Made by a program: the position numbers and the translations under genes. A stretch of DNA of 64,000 bases from Rebecca billardiae RCC1528 (lineage: Eukaryota > Protista > Haptophyta). Numbering within the stretch: position 1 is the stretch's first letter; the number at the start of each line of letters is the position of its first letter. The notes under the pieces are model-generated. The model did not search any database, was not told the origin of the DNA, and was given only the letters and a program-made list of their open reading frames with translations. Shown piece by piece: positions 1 through 11,800 of the stretch. The stretch spans positions 1 through 64,000 of the forward strand of contig OZ251237.1 in assembly GCA_965240325.2 (NCBI GenBank), given 5' to 3'.

Positions 1-480
1 AATCATTCGGGGGGGAATTCGGTCACGAATCCTGTCTGCAACCGCTTTTTTAGCTGAAGTGGCGGCCTGGCGGGGCGGGTTCCTACCGCAGTTTATTTTA
101 TATATATATTATTACTACGACGACTCGGGACGAGTAACGACCAAGTGTACATCGAGTGCTAGGCAGCTAGCTACTTCACATCATCATCAATCAGAACACC
201 AAGCTCGACGCGTCGCTGCTTACACCGCTCACGAAGGACCGCCTGCTTATACTATAACTAAGCCCTTGACATGAATAGGCAATAGCGTAGCTATATATAT
301 ATATATTGATATATTAATATATAGCTGCTAATTATAAATGCATGCCCGTATGATGTTGATGGCTGCCGAGGCTTAGTGTGAGACAGCAGTAGTGAGTACG
401 GCGGTACATGTTCCGACACTACTTGTCCCGCGGTACTGACAACGCGCGGTATTTTACTATACTCGATCTGTATATATATA

Positions 481-3446
481 GGTAACAAATTGGATCCCTG
501 TCGGATCCCAAATAGGGCAGCGCGGAAGTCCGTTATGAGGGCCGCCATCGCCAGTGCGCCCCGCCGACACCCCCTCCGCCGTGCTGCCGCTCAAACTCGA
601 GCGAGTTCGCCCGACACGTTGTCGGCGGGCTCCCACGAGTCGGGCCACGGTTGCCCAGCTCCGTCCACTCCCTCCCAGCGCACAATGTAGCCGACGACAC
701 CGTCGCGTGTCTCCTTGCTCACAATGTCATCGACGGGGTACAGCTCGTCGTCGTCCTCGTCCCTCGTCGTCCTCGCAGCCACTGACAATGTCGCTGTCGT
801 CGTCCTCGTCGTCCTCGTCGTCCTCATCGAGCACCTCCTCGTCACTCTCCGACGCGCCATCGTCACCCCGACCCGTCCTGCCTCGCTCGGTGCGTGCCCG
901 CTTGGCGTGCGGTTGTGCATCGCTGGACGCAGCTGCCGGGTTGCGGATGAAGTCAGCAAGCGCGCGGACGAAGCCCTTGATGCGCTCGAGCGCGGGCATG
1001 CGCGCGAGAGAGCCCTGTGTGGAAGAGCGGATCACCTCGTAGCCACCCACGAGCGCAGCATCGCTCGCGCCGATGAGCGCGCCGACGGTCGGCCACTGCG
1101 CGCTCAGTTTGTTTGCTAGCTCGGCTCTGACGCCAACGTTGCCGCCGCTCACGAGCTTGTGCAGCGCGCCGAGCGGCGTGATGCTCACGATGCGCGGGTT
1201 GAAGATAAACGAGCCGCTCGAGCGCGCCGCCGCCACTCCGCCGCCGCCGCCGGCGCCGTCGCCGCCACCGCCGCCATCGCCGCCGCCGCCGCCGCTGTCG
1301 CCGCCACCGCCGCGCCCGCGCGCTGCCGCGCCCGCGCGCGCCGCCGCGCGCGGGGCCCGCGCACCATCAGTGCCGTCGTCGTCGTCGTCATCGTCGTCGA
1401 TGTCGGTGCCGTCATCGCCAGCGTCCCGCTCGTCATCAGACTCGGCCATGTGGTCCTCCTTCGCCTGTGCTTTGTCGACCATCAGCTGCAGGCGCGCCAC
1501 CGTGTACGACGGCGCCTGCTTGAGCGTCGTGATGAGCATATCAGCTCGAGCCGGCCAAATATGGGCCCGCCGACGGCGATGATGTGCAGGGAGTACCCGT
1601 CCGGGTCACCATGAAACAAACCTCGCTGCGGCGTCGGCCGTGCCCATCGTCTTCTGCAGCTCGGTCGCCTGGCACGCCGACGCCTCGCGCCGTGTTCGAG
1701 CTCCTCGCCGCTGCTCAGCACGTTCACCTTGGTGCGCGAGCCGAGGCGCTGGGAGATCGACGCGAGGAAGCAAGGGCAGCCGCGGATGACCGAGCGATGT
1801 GCGCGGTGCACCTTGAGCCGCCCGTGCCGCAGCTCCTCGGGTACGGGCTCGCCCTCGCCGTAGAGCCTCGCGTGCCAACGCGCCTCGCGCCAGAGGCGCA
1901 AGCTGACGCTGAGATCGAAATGCTCGCGCGTTGCGGCTGAAGATCGGCGCAAGGGTCGAGAGCAGCTGCAAGATCACGCCTCGCGCCTCCTTGCGCTTGG
2001 GCATCTCCTTGATCAACCCCGCGACGCGCGTCAACGCATCGCCCTGCTTGCCCATCAGCCGAGCCGCTCTCCGCCGCGCGGGCTCACGCGCGCTCTGGTT
2101 GGCGTCGACCCAGTCGCCCAGCCCGAGGGCGCGGTGCGCCCTTGTCGGGCTGCCCGGCAAGAGCACGTTCACGAGCTCCTTGACGAGCGCCTTGGCCGCG
2201 CGGCGCAACTCGCGCCAGTACGACGCGCCAATATCCGCGGGCGGCTTCGTGACATGCGCCGTGACCGGGCCCGACAGCTTCAGCAGCTCGCCATCCGCCG
2301 CGCCTACGGGGTTGGTGATGCCGAGCACGCGGAAGCAGAGGATGGTCTCCGGCGGCAGCGCGGGCTCGGCGGCGGGCTCTGAGGCGGGGGCAGCAGCGGG
2401 GGCGGCGACGGCGAGCGTGGAGAGCACGGACATGTGCGGCCATAGCCATGGCGCCGACGGGCGCGGGTCTGGCGGGATCTCCGACGGGAGCGAGTCGAGC
2501 CACTCGATGATGCTCATCGGCGCGCAGCGCACGCCGCGCTGCCGCTGCGAGCGGCGCGCACGCGCGCGCGCTTGCGCGCGCTCGACCTCGACATCTGGCT
2601 CGCGGGGCGGGATGCTGCAGCCGAACCAATGCCAGTAGAGCTTACGCCCGTGCACGCTCAGGCAAGTGCAGTGGGTCGTGTGAATCGTCGTCCTGGCCTC
2701 AATCGACACGCGCCAGCCGAGTCCCCGCACGCAGCTGTAGCCGCCACGGAAGGTCGGCCGCGCGAACTGCGTTGTTGAACACGGCGGGGTCCGAGGCGCC
2801 GAAGGCACCTGCAAGGGTGTGGCTGAGGTGGATTCTGACCCAAAGAGCCACCGCCTCCGTGATGCAGAGGGCGTACCAGCGGTCCTTCTCGAGCATGTGC
2901 TTCATGCCGTGAATGATTGAGGCAGCCTCAGTCTTGTCACAGCTGCGCGAGAACGACGACCGACCTTGCGACCAAAATGCTGGATTATCAGAGAGATGCC
3001 AGCAGGGCATAGCGTGCGCCGATTTTGGTCGCAAGGTCGCATCGCCTTCTTGAACTGTGCGCGCGCGAAGTGCCGGCTCGATTCGGGGATGGTGCGCAAA
3101 GATGCAACACGCGCACTCGGAGGTGCGGGGCAAGCACGGGCGCCGTGCGGGAGCGCGACATCGCGCTCCTACGAGTGCACCACCTGCCCACAGCCGAGGT
3201 GGCCCCGCGGCGGGCGTTTCAAGACCGCCCTCGGCTCGCGACGCGACGAGCTCGTCGATGCGGCTGCCCAGCGCGCTCTTGCCGGTTGGCGAGCGTTTCG
3301 ACCGGGAGCGAAGCGCGGCGCAATAAGAAGGCGAGCCAACCGCGGTCCGCTGATAGCAATGGCCAATACGGGATCGCAAATACTTATTGCGGGATCGTTT
3401 TGCAACGACTTCCGCGCCTGATCTGCCGCTCAAAGGATTTTTTACC
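481..3446 (-). mobile_element. Decayed or internally deleted TIR DNA transposon inserted in a (TA)n tract
   Basis: Left end GGTAACAAAT (481-490) and right end ATTTTTTACC (3437-3446) are inverted at 9/10. An 11-bp subterminal inverted repeat GCGCGGAAGTC lies at 520-530 and 3407-3417. (TA)n abuts both ends (471-480; 3447-3458). The interior is a frameshifted minus-strand ORF chain. Confidence 0.7.
534..3100 (-). pseudogene. Frameshifted transposon protein: transposase-like N-terminal segment, acidic/Gly linker and C-terminal chromodomain
   Basis: Coding-like segments pass across ORFs 2699-3433, 1606-2814, 1482-1952, 727-1539 and 591-959. The last reads LYPVDDIVSKETRDGVVGYIVRWEGVDGAGQPWPDSWEPADNV (chromodomain pattern Y.V..I...Y.V.W.G...SWEP..N). 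It joins the acidic tract through a 1-bp shift near 760. Boundaries are approximate. Confidence 0.6.
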
Positions 3447-3810
3447 TATATATATATAGCTATATAGATCGACGATATACGACTACGACGGAGCAGGCGC
3501 GACGACGATGAACTATCGCGTGCCGCGCGGCGGCATCATATATTGTCATCACTTTGCGGCGCGTCATTCATCAACGGGCAGCGCCGCTGCTGCGCCGTAT
3601 ACGTCGTAGCACAGTCGCGTCGTCATCAGTCTCAGCATCATCATCGTCATGACTCAGTACGTGAGAAGTGCGCGCAGTCTCAGTCATAATCAGTGTCCGC
3701 GGCGGCAGTCGGCCCAGCCGCGGCCCCGCTGGAGCAACTAGCACTGGTATCCCGATCCGCCCCCGGGTAGGCATCGCGCCACGGGCACGAGCTAGGGAGA
3801 CCATCGCTGC

Positions 3811-5277
3811 TCATCCCATCGTAGACCACGGCAGCACGCGCGGCAGCGACGCGACTCGCTCCGGCGGCGTGCAGCGTCGGTTGCCATCTGCCACACGACT
3901 CCGCCTCTGGCCGAGGCCGAGCGCTGCGGACTGCTCGCCGCACGCGTACACGCCACCGTCAGCGGTCGCATAGAGCGAGTGGGAAGCGGCGAGCGCGCAG
4001 TCGAGCACGCGGGCGTGCGCGAGCTCGGGCACTCGCTCAGGCAGGCGAGCCTGCGCTCCCAGGCCGAGTTGCGGATGATTCGTGTGCCCGAAGACGTGCA
4101 CGCTGCCGTCCGCTCCGAGCACAGCGCTGCTGTAGTCGCCGGCACGGGAGCGCATGGCGCAGGCGCCAGCGAGCGCCTCGATGCGCCTCGGCGTGTGCTG
4201 ATTGTCCTCGGAGCCGATGCCGAGTTGGCCGAAAGCGCCACTCCCAAACGAGTGCACGCGCCCAGCTGCGTCCACCACCAGGCTGTGCTCAGCGCCCGCG
4301 CTCACATGCACGGCGAGCACGCCCGCGAGCGCCTCGATGCGCCTCGGCGTGTGCTGATGCTGGTGGTTGCCGTGGCCGAGCCGGCCCATGTAGCCATGGC
4401 CAAACGAGTAGACGTCACCAACGGTCGAGAGCAGCAGCGTGTGAGCCCACCCTGCCGACATCCCACCCACTTGCACGCCGTCCAGCGCCTCGATGCGCGT
4501 CGGCTCCCACCGGTGCTCCGTGTCGCCGTGGCCGAGCTGGCCGTAGCCGTTGTTGCCCCAGCTGTACGCGCAGCCCGCGGCGGTGAGCGCGAGGCTGTGG
4601 TAGGCGCCGACACAGATGTGCACGACGAGCTCGTCGCGAAGGGACTCAATCGATTCGAACGACCGACGCGTCGCAATGCCGCCCAGCCCGAGCTGGCCGT
4701 GCCCGTTCTTGCCGCAGCCGTACACGGCGCCGGAGTCGCTCAGCGCGAGCAGGTGGTACTCGCCTGCTGCCACGGAGCGCACGCGCACTGCGCAGAGCGA
4801 GGCGACGCGCTGGGGCGTGCATATCGGCACGGTGGCCAATGCGGGATGCCCAAGTGCTGCCGGCGTGCGAGGCTCGCCCGTCAAGAGCTCCTTCTCCTCG
4901 CCGCACGTGTGCAGCGCGCCCTCCGCGTCCACAAACGCGCTCCAGCTGCTGTTGTAGCCGCTCGCGCACGCGATGACGCTGGCGTGCGCGGCGGCGATCG
5001 TCGCCACGCGGTCACGTGCGAAGAGCTCCTCGAGCCACGTGCACGACGCCGCGGGCAGCGTCCCGGGCAGCGCGTGCTCGTGGCCGCGCGCGCGTGCGCG
5101 CTCGCGCAGCGCGTGCTCGACCGCCGAGCTGGCGCAGCCGGGCGCGCCGCGGAAGAGGCGCGAGGCGGCATTCGCGGCGGCCAGATCGCGCGCGCGCTCG
5201 AGAAAGCCGAGCACGCGCGCGAGCAGCTCGGGCGGCAGCGCGCAGATCGTGGCGCCTGTCGCGGGGCGTGATGCCAT
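3811..5277 (-). CDS. F-box + RCC1-repeat protein (UVR8/HERC-like beta-propeller), paralogue 1
   Basis: F-box-like ICALPPELLARVLGFLERARDLAAA followed by repeated GxxGQLGHG...P..I..L....V..VSAGxxHSL units. Start placed at ATG 5277. Confidence 0.85.
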   Translation of the reverse strand: MASRPATGATICALPPELLARVLGFLERARDLAAANAASRLFRGAPGCASSAVEHALRERARARGHEHALPGTLPAASCTWLEELFARDRVATIAAAHASVIACASGYNSSWSAFVDAEGALHTCGEEKELLTGEPRTPAALGHPALATVPICTPQRVASLCAVRVRSVAAGEYHLLALSDSGAVYGCGKNGHGQLGLGGIATRRSFESIESLRDELVVHICVGAYHSLALTAAGCAYSWGNNGYGQLGHGDTEHRWEPTRIEALDGVQVGGMSAGWAHTLLLSTVGDVYSFGHGYMGRLGHGNHQHQHTPRRIEALAGVLAVHVSAGAEHSLVVDAAGRVHSFGSGAFGQLGIGSEDNQHTPRRIEALAGACAMRSRAGDYSSAVLGADGSVHVFGHTNHPQLGLGAQARLPERVPELAHARVLDCALAASHSLYATADGGVYACGEQSAALGLGQRRSRVADGNRRCTPPERVASLPRVLPWSTMG

Positions 5278-5464
5278 CACGCGGCGGCGCTCTCTCGCGC
5301 GCGGTCCTGGCTCCCTCCGCCTCGGCGGCGGGGCTGCTCGGTCCGGGGTGTTCAACTGGACGGACGAAGACCGTTTGGCCACGGCCAGTTGGCCGGGCGC
5401 CGCTCCAGTGGGGTGGCGGCCAAGCCAAGGCGTGAGCGACGGTGGCGGAGGGACGGCGGTCGAG

Positions 5465-6997
5465 ATGGCAAGCGCCGCTGCATTGCCGCGGCTCACGCTC
5501 GCCGACGTGGCGCCGGAGCTGATCGAGCGCATCCTCGCCTGGCTCCCCGCCGCGCGAGACCTCGCGAGCGCCAACGCCGCCTCGCGCCTCTTCCGCGGCG
5601 CGTCCGGCCGCGCCAGCTCGCCGGTCGAGCGCGTGCTGCGCGAGCGCTCGCGCGCGCGCGGGCACGAGCGCGCGCTTCCCGAGGCGCTGCTTGCGGCGTC
5701 GTGCACCTGGATCGGCGAGCTGCTCGCGCGCGAGCACGTCTTCCAGCTCGCGCTTGCGCACGCGCAGGTGGTGGCTTGCGGGGGCTTCATTTGCGATTTA
5801 TACGGGGTCGATCTATACGAGGCTTTCGAAGCGGTGAGCGCGTTCGTGGACGCAGAGGGCGGGCTGCACACGTGCGGCGTGGAAGAGCGGCCGGGGCGCC
5901 CTCCTCGCGCGCCGTGTGCGCTGGGCCACGGCGATGAGCGCCTTGAGCCGATGCACACGCCGACGTGCGTCGCGTCGCTCTCTGCGGTGCGCGTGGTCGC
6001 AGTAGCGGCCGGCTGGGCCCACCTGCTCGCGCTGAGCAAGGCCGGCGCCGTGTACGGCTGCGGCCGCAACTACCGCGGCGAGCTCGGGCTGGGCGACGGC
6101 AAGGCTCGATTCTCCTTCGCTTCGATCGCAGTACCTCGTGACGCGCTGGTCGTGGGCATCGCCGCTGGCGGCGAGCACAGCCTCGCGCTCACCGCCGCTG
6201 GCTGCGCGTACAGCTGGGGCAGCAACAGCTACGGCCAGCTCGGACACGGCGACACGAAGGACCGGTGGGAGCCGACGCGCATCGAGGCTCTGGACGACGT
6301 GCGCGCGGGTGGGGTGTCGGCAGGGTATGCCCACACGCTGCTGCTCCCGACTGATGGTGACGTCTACTCGTGCGGTGAGGGCAGCGGCGGCCAGCTCGGC
6401 CACGGCGACCAGCGTGATCAGCACACGCCGACGCGGATCGAGGCGCTTGCAGCCGTGCGCACCGTGCACGTGAGCGCGGGCTTACAGCACAGCCTGGTGG
6501 TGGACACGGTGGGGCGCGTGCACTCGTTCGGTCACGGCCACGTCGGACAGCTCGGCCATGGCTCTACACGTGGGCAGCTCCTGCCTACGCCCATCGCCGC
6601 ACTCGGCGGCGTGCGCGCTGTGAGTGCCAGCGCGGGGCCTGCTGGCAGCGCGGTGCTGGGCGCCGACGGCAGCGTGCACACGTTCGGGGAGAACGGGTAC
6701 GCGCAGCTCGGTCGCCCAGCGTCGGCAGACCCCCGCGTGCCGGTGCGTGTGGAGCTGCTGGGTGGGCAGCACGTGGCCGCCTGTGCGCTCTCGCACAGCC
6801 ACGCGCTGTACGTGACGGCCGACGGCTGCGTGCACGCGTGCGGCCATGGCTCTGCCGCCGTCGGCCGCAGGGTGGGGCCGCCGCCGGCAGCATCCGGAGA
6901 GGGCGACGGTGCTCGGCACGCGCCGATGGTGCGCATCGCGGGGCTGCCTCGCGTGCCCGTGCGCAGCGATGATGACGGTGGTGGCTTGCCGGGCTGA
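5465..6997 (+). CDS. F-box + RCC1-repeat protein, paralogue 2
   Basis: [25 protein letters not shown] plus RCC1 repeats. Colinear with the minus-strand paralogue; for example [15 protein letters not shown] is shared. Confidence 0.85.
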   Translation: MASAAALPRLTLADVAPELIERILAWLPAARDLASANAASRLFRGASGRASSPVERVLRERSRARGHERALPEALLAASCTWIGELLAREHVFQLALAHAQVVACGGFICDLYGVDLYEAFEAVSAFVDAEGGLHTCGVEERPGRPPRAPCALGHGDERLEPMHTPTCVASLSAVRVVAVAAGWAHLLALSKAGAVYGCGRNYRGELGLGDGKARFSFASIAVPRDALVVGIAAGGEHSLALTAAGCAYSWGSNSYGQLGHGDTKDRWEPTRIEALDDVRAGGVSAGYAHTLLLPTDGDVYSCGEGSGGQLGHGDQRDQHTPTRIEALAAVRTVHVSAGLQHSLVVDTVGRVHSFGHGHVGQLGHGSTRGQLLPTPIAALGGVRAVSASAGPAGSAVLGADGSVHTFGENGYAQLGRPASADPRVPVRVELLGGQHVAACALSHSHALYVTADGCVHACGHGSAAVGRRVGPPPAASGEGDGARHAPMVRIAGLPRVPVRSDDDGGGLPG

Positions 6998-7158
6998 TGG
7001 CGCCGGGGCAATCACGGCTGCCGACGACGAGCCTGCTGTACGGCCACGACCATTCGGACTCGTCGGCAGCAGTAGTGACTGAGTGAGAGACTGACTACTG
7101 TCTACTGAGTGAGTACTGCTGACAGTGCTGTCTGCTGTGCGACTACGATGACGGACGA

Positions 7159-7305
<147 letters not shown>

Positions 7306-7961
7306 ACTTCTAACTACTGTCTAACTATCAGTGTCAGTCAGTGACGGCGTCACTGTTCGGACCGACTATATAACTCACAGCGCAGGATCGCCCGCCAGCC
7401 AGTACCGTAAGCATTTTCGGCGGACCCATTAAAAAATGCGTTAACTGCCGACCCGGCTCCCTCGCGAGCCGTTGGGTCGGCCGGTGGGCCGGCCGGCCGA
7501 CACCAAGATCGGGTTTGACGGAGGTGTGAAATGCGGCTCTTCGCGCGGCGCGGCGTCGCGAGCTCGCGGCGGCCTTGCGCCGATAGGCTCGGCTGGGCCG
7601 CGTCCGCGCGTGTGGATCACCTGCCTGATGCGTTCCCCCGCCTTTGCGGCGCTGCGCAGGCATCGCTCCGTCGCATCCCTCGTCCACCTGCACATCGTTT
7701 GCGCGGGCCGCCGCCGTTTCCAGACCAGGTGCGTGCAAAGCAGCGCGTAGCGCCGAGCCCAGTGGGGGAGCGCGTCTGGCGAATAAGTGGCGATGGAGGG
7801 GTTCGGAGTGCAGATGCCCGAAACCCGCATCACGTATCCTGCATCCGACGTTTTGACCATGCGCGCGCGCCCCGTCTGCTGCCTGCACGCGTGCGGCTGC
7901 GTCGCCCGCCACCGCCGCTCGCCGCGCGCGCAGAGCAACGTCGAAGACGAAGGTCGGGAAG

Positions 7962-8852
7962 ATGGGCAAGCGTGGTGCGCAGCTGCACAAGAACCGTGAC
8001 TCGATGTATCTTCACCCGTACACGAAGCAGATCCGGCAGCAGAGCGTGCTCGCGCGCGAGAAGCGCAACCTTGTCGAGCTGGCGCACGAGGCACTCGAGG
8101 CCGCGTGGGAGGCGACGCGCGCGGCTGGCAGCGCTCTCAAGGCGGCGATGGACGCGCTGCGCGCCGTGCTGCTCGCCCTCGGCTTGATCTCGTGCAGCTC
8201 CGCCCTCTTCGTCGCGCAGGTGCGCAACGCAGTGTGGTTCATGTGCGGCTCGCGGCGCGGCTCGGATGCACGGGCCTGGGGGCGCAAGCGGCTCGAGCCC
8301 TTCCCGCACGAGGCGCTCTACGCGCCCGAGATCGTCGCGCTCGGCCCTGTGGAGGTGGTGGCGCAGAAGGAGCGCACGGTGCGCACCATCGCCTGCAGCA
8401 TCCTCCCCAGGATCTCCGCCTTGCTCAACTTCGACGCGCGCGGCGTGCGCGCGGCCGGCGGCGCGCGGCAAACAAAATTGGGGTCGATCAACGCGGTCGT
8501 CTCGCTCAAGCTCACGCACACGCAGTGGCACAAGGCGTGCGCGCTCGGGCACCCCCGCGAGTACATCGACGTCGAGGCGGTGCTCGCGCGCGTCAACACC
8601 TCCGGCGCCGTGTTCGCGCCGAACGTGCAGCCCGCCGACCGCGAGCTCGTCGCGCGCTACCTGCGCACGCAGCCGCTCGTGTTTGAGCAGCGCGGCAAGG
8701 ACTTCTCCGAGGAGATGATGGAGGCGTGCGCGGAGATGATCGCGATGGCGCGCGAGGAGGGCCGCGACGAGGCGGAGGCGGCGGCGGCGACGACGGCGGC
8801 AGTCGCAGCGGCGCCGCCCCCCGCGGGCCCGCCTGCCGCACTCCGCTTATGA
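7962..8852 (+). CDS. Transposon ORF1, 296-aa protein of unknown function
   Basis: Open frame with strong GC3 codon bias inside the TIRs. Its stop TGA (8850-8852) overlaps the transposase ATG (8849-8851). Confidence 0.65.
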   Translation: MGKRGAQLHKNRDSMYLHPYTKQIRQQSVLAREKRNLVELAHEALEAAWEATRAAGSALKAAMDALRAVLLALGLISCSSALFVAQVRNAVWFMCGSRRGSDARAWGRKRLEPFPHEALYAPEIVALGPVEVVAQKERTVRTIACSILPRISALLNFDARGVRAAGGARQTKLGSINAVVSLKLTHTQWHKACALGHPREYIDVEAVLARVNTSGAVFAPNVQPADRELVARYLRTQPLVFEQRGKDFSEEMMEACAEMIAMAREEGRDEAEAAAATTAAVAAAPPPAGPPAALRL

Positions 8853-11800
8853 CATCGGTCTCCGCGGAGACCGAGGCGGCTGAGCAGCGACGCGCCGGCG
8901 CGCCCGCGCCGCCGCTGATCGCGGCGGGGCGCGCCGCGCCCGCGCCCGCGCCAGCCGCCCAGATCGAATCCTCGAAGCGGAGGCGGCTCGACGGCTCGCA
9001 CGACGGTGGCGCAACCTGCGCTGCCCCGCATGACGCAGCTGCCCGCGCGGCAGCTGCCGACACCTCGTGCCCGCCGCCCGAGCCCGCCTCCATGCCACCA
9101 CCACCGCCGCCGCCTCGCGCGGACGGCGCCCCGCCCTCGTCACCTGTCGACCCTCACCCCTCCACCGCCCTGCTGCCCGTGCAAGCCGCCGCTCAAGGCC
9201 CGCCGGCCGCGGTCGTCGTCGGCACGCCGATCGCTCGCCCCAACCGCCGCGCATCGCCCGCCGCCCGCACGCCCGCCGCCCGCACGCCCGCGCAGCCGCG
9301 CTCGACGCGCCGCACGCCGCTCTCGGCGGCGAGCACCGTGGCCGCGGACGGCAGCGCCGACGTGCTCGCGGCGCGCGTTGCCGAGCTGGCCGATGAGAAC
9401 GCGCGCATGAGCCACGAGCTGGCCCGGCTTCGCTGGGCCGATACTCAGCGCCAGCGCCTCGCCGACCGCGTGCGCGAGCTCGAGGCCACCAACGAGAGTC
9501 TCGTCGCGGACAAGGCCGACCTCGAGAACCTCCTCGCGCGCTCGCGCGCGCCCGGCGCTGTGCGCAGCCTCGAGCAGCAGCTGAGCGCTGCGCGCGCCGC
9601 CGCAGCAGAACGCGCGGCGGCGGCCGACGAGACGGTGGCGGCGCTCGAGGCGCGACTCGCTGCGGCCGAGGCCGGGCAGCGCGCAGCCTCCGCCGACGCC
9701 GCCGCGAGCAGGGCTGGTCGGCAGGCTGCTGAGCTCGCCCTCGCTGCTGCTGCTCAGCGTGAGGCGAGCGCGAGCGCGGCCGAGCGCGCGGCCGCGCTCG
9801 CGGCCGCGCGCGCGGAGGTCTCTGAGGAGCTCGGGCGGCTCCAAACGGACCTGGCCAAGGCGCGTGTGGCGACCGGTGCGGAGCACGGGAACGCCTCGCA
9901 GGCGCGCGCGCGGCTCGTGCGCGCGTGTGCAGAGCTCGAGGCCGCACGCTCCGCGCATGCGGTCGAGCTGGCGGCTTCGAATCAGCGCGCGGCGGCGGCG
10001 GAGGCGGCGGCGGCGGAGGCGGCAGCGGCGGCGGCGCACGAGCAGCGAGCAGCCGCGTCATCCCGTCAGCAGGTGCAGAAGCTCGACGGCGAGGTGACGC
10101 GTCTGCGCGGGCAGCTCGCACACGCGCAGCAGCAGGTCTCTGCTGCCCACGCGCCGCTCGCGACTCGGCACCGCTCTGACCGCCCCAACCCGGAGAGGCG
10201 ACGGCAGCGCCAGATCATTCACGCGCAGAACACGCTCAGGGAGGTGTGCGGGGGTGACGCCGAGCTGATCGCGGAGACGGCCGTGAGAGCGTTCCAGTCG
10301 TACGGCGCGGCGCGCGCGATCGCAGCGCACGTCTACGGCATCAAGCACGCTGCTGTCAAGTCCACGATCGACTTCTTCCAGTTCGAGGTCTTTGCGGCGC
10401 GCCGGCTCGCGGACTTCTTCTCGATCTCCAAGGTGTCCGGCCGCCTCTGGGACTGGCAGCGCGAGTTCATCTTCCGCCGCTACGACCCGGCCACCGCGGA
10501 GAACGGGCTGCTGACCGTGCTCAAGGGCGAGCACGGGCTCGCCACGCTCCGCCTCAAGCCGTACGTGAGCGCGGCGGGCATCAAGTCGCTCAACGAGAAG
10601 GAGGCGGCTGAGAACGGCCTCTCGATCGCGTACACGGAGAACGGCCGCGTCGCGTCCGTGGACACGGTGGCGGCGGCGCACAACGTGCTCCGGGCGTGCG
10701 ACAAGAAGGGTGCGTGCGCGCGGCCGACAGGCGCGCCGCGGCTCCTCGTCGGCTCGAGCGACGCGGGCACCGTCGCCAACAAGGGCAAGCAGCGCGACTG
10801 GACGTCGCTCTGCCTGCGCTGCGCGCACCGCTGCGACGGCAACTGCTGTCCATCGGCGGTGCAGCCGGTCGGCCAGGCGGCCTACTCCGACAAGAACTCG
10901 GGCCTCAGCGCCGGCTGGGCGCCGCACGTGCCGCTCTTCGACTTCATCGCGCGCTACGGTCTGCTGCCGTGCTGCGTCGCCCGCCTCGACGTCGCGCTCC
11001 ACCTCGACATCTGCCCCGTGCCCGACGCGCCTGCGCAGCGCGCGCGCAGCTCGGCCGCGGCCGCGGCCGCGCCCGCCCCGGCCGCGGCCGCGGCGCCCGC
11101 GCCCGCGCCCGCTGCGCCCACAGTGCCGGCCGGCGCCCTACCCGATGCCTTCAAGTGCGGCTGCGAGCACCCGGGGTTCGAGCCGTGCGACTTCGTGTAC
11201 ACCGGTGACCTCGCCAACCTCGTCGGGATGATGGGCCTCGGCTCGCACCGCACCGACCCGGCCAAGTACTCGATCCACAAGGTGAAGCTCGACGACGGCA
11301 CATGGGCGTGGCGCACGGTCGCCGACGCGATGCTCTACTCGCACTCGCTCGTCGGCAAGCGGTGCCCGTGCGGGTGGATCAACCACTCGGACGACGACGT
11401 GGAGGGCGAGCGCGACCGCCGCATCCACATGCCCTCCGGCCAGGCCAAGTCGGACGAGCTGCACGTGCATAAGAACTACTGGCTGCGGCCCGTGTTGTGG
11501 GTCGAGTTCGACCACTACCTGCTAGGCGTGATGCACTTCTGCCACAACACCTTCGACCAGTGGTTCGGGGCGGTGTGGAAGGATGTGGACACGCTGCACG
11601 AGGGCGACGCGAACTTCGTCAAGTACGATTTGGTCGCGGCGCTGGTGAGCATGGGCGTCACCTGCCTCAAGCCGGCCCGGCGCGACGGCAACGAGGTCGC
11701 CGTGCCATCGTTCAAGGGCGCGGACCTCTCGCTGATGCGCACCGAGCTCGGCATGCTGATGGCGCTGCAGATCGTGTACGGGGTCGCGGACTTCTTCGAC

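Noticed and set aside
1-110. Possible end of another element next to a TA run
   Set aside because: The partner end would lie outside the window and cannot be tested.
3811-6997. RCC1 propeller genes as a RAG2-like partner of the neighbouring transposase
   Set aside because: They lie outside the TIRs, are RCC1 rather than kelch repeats, and carry F-boxes.
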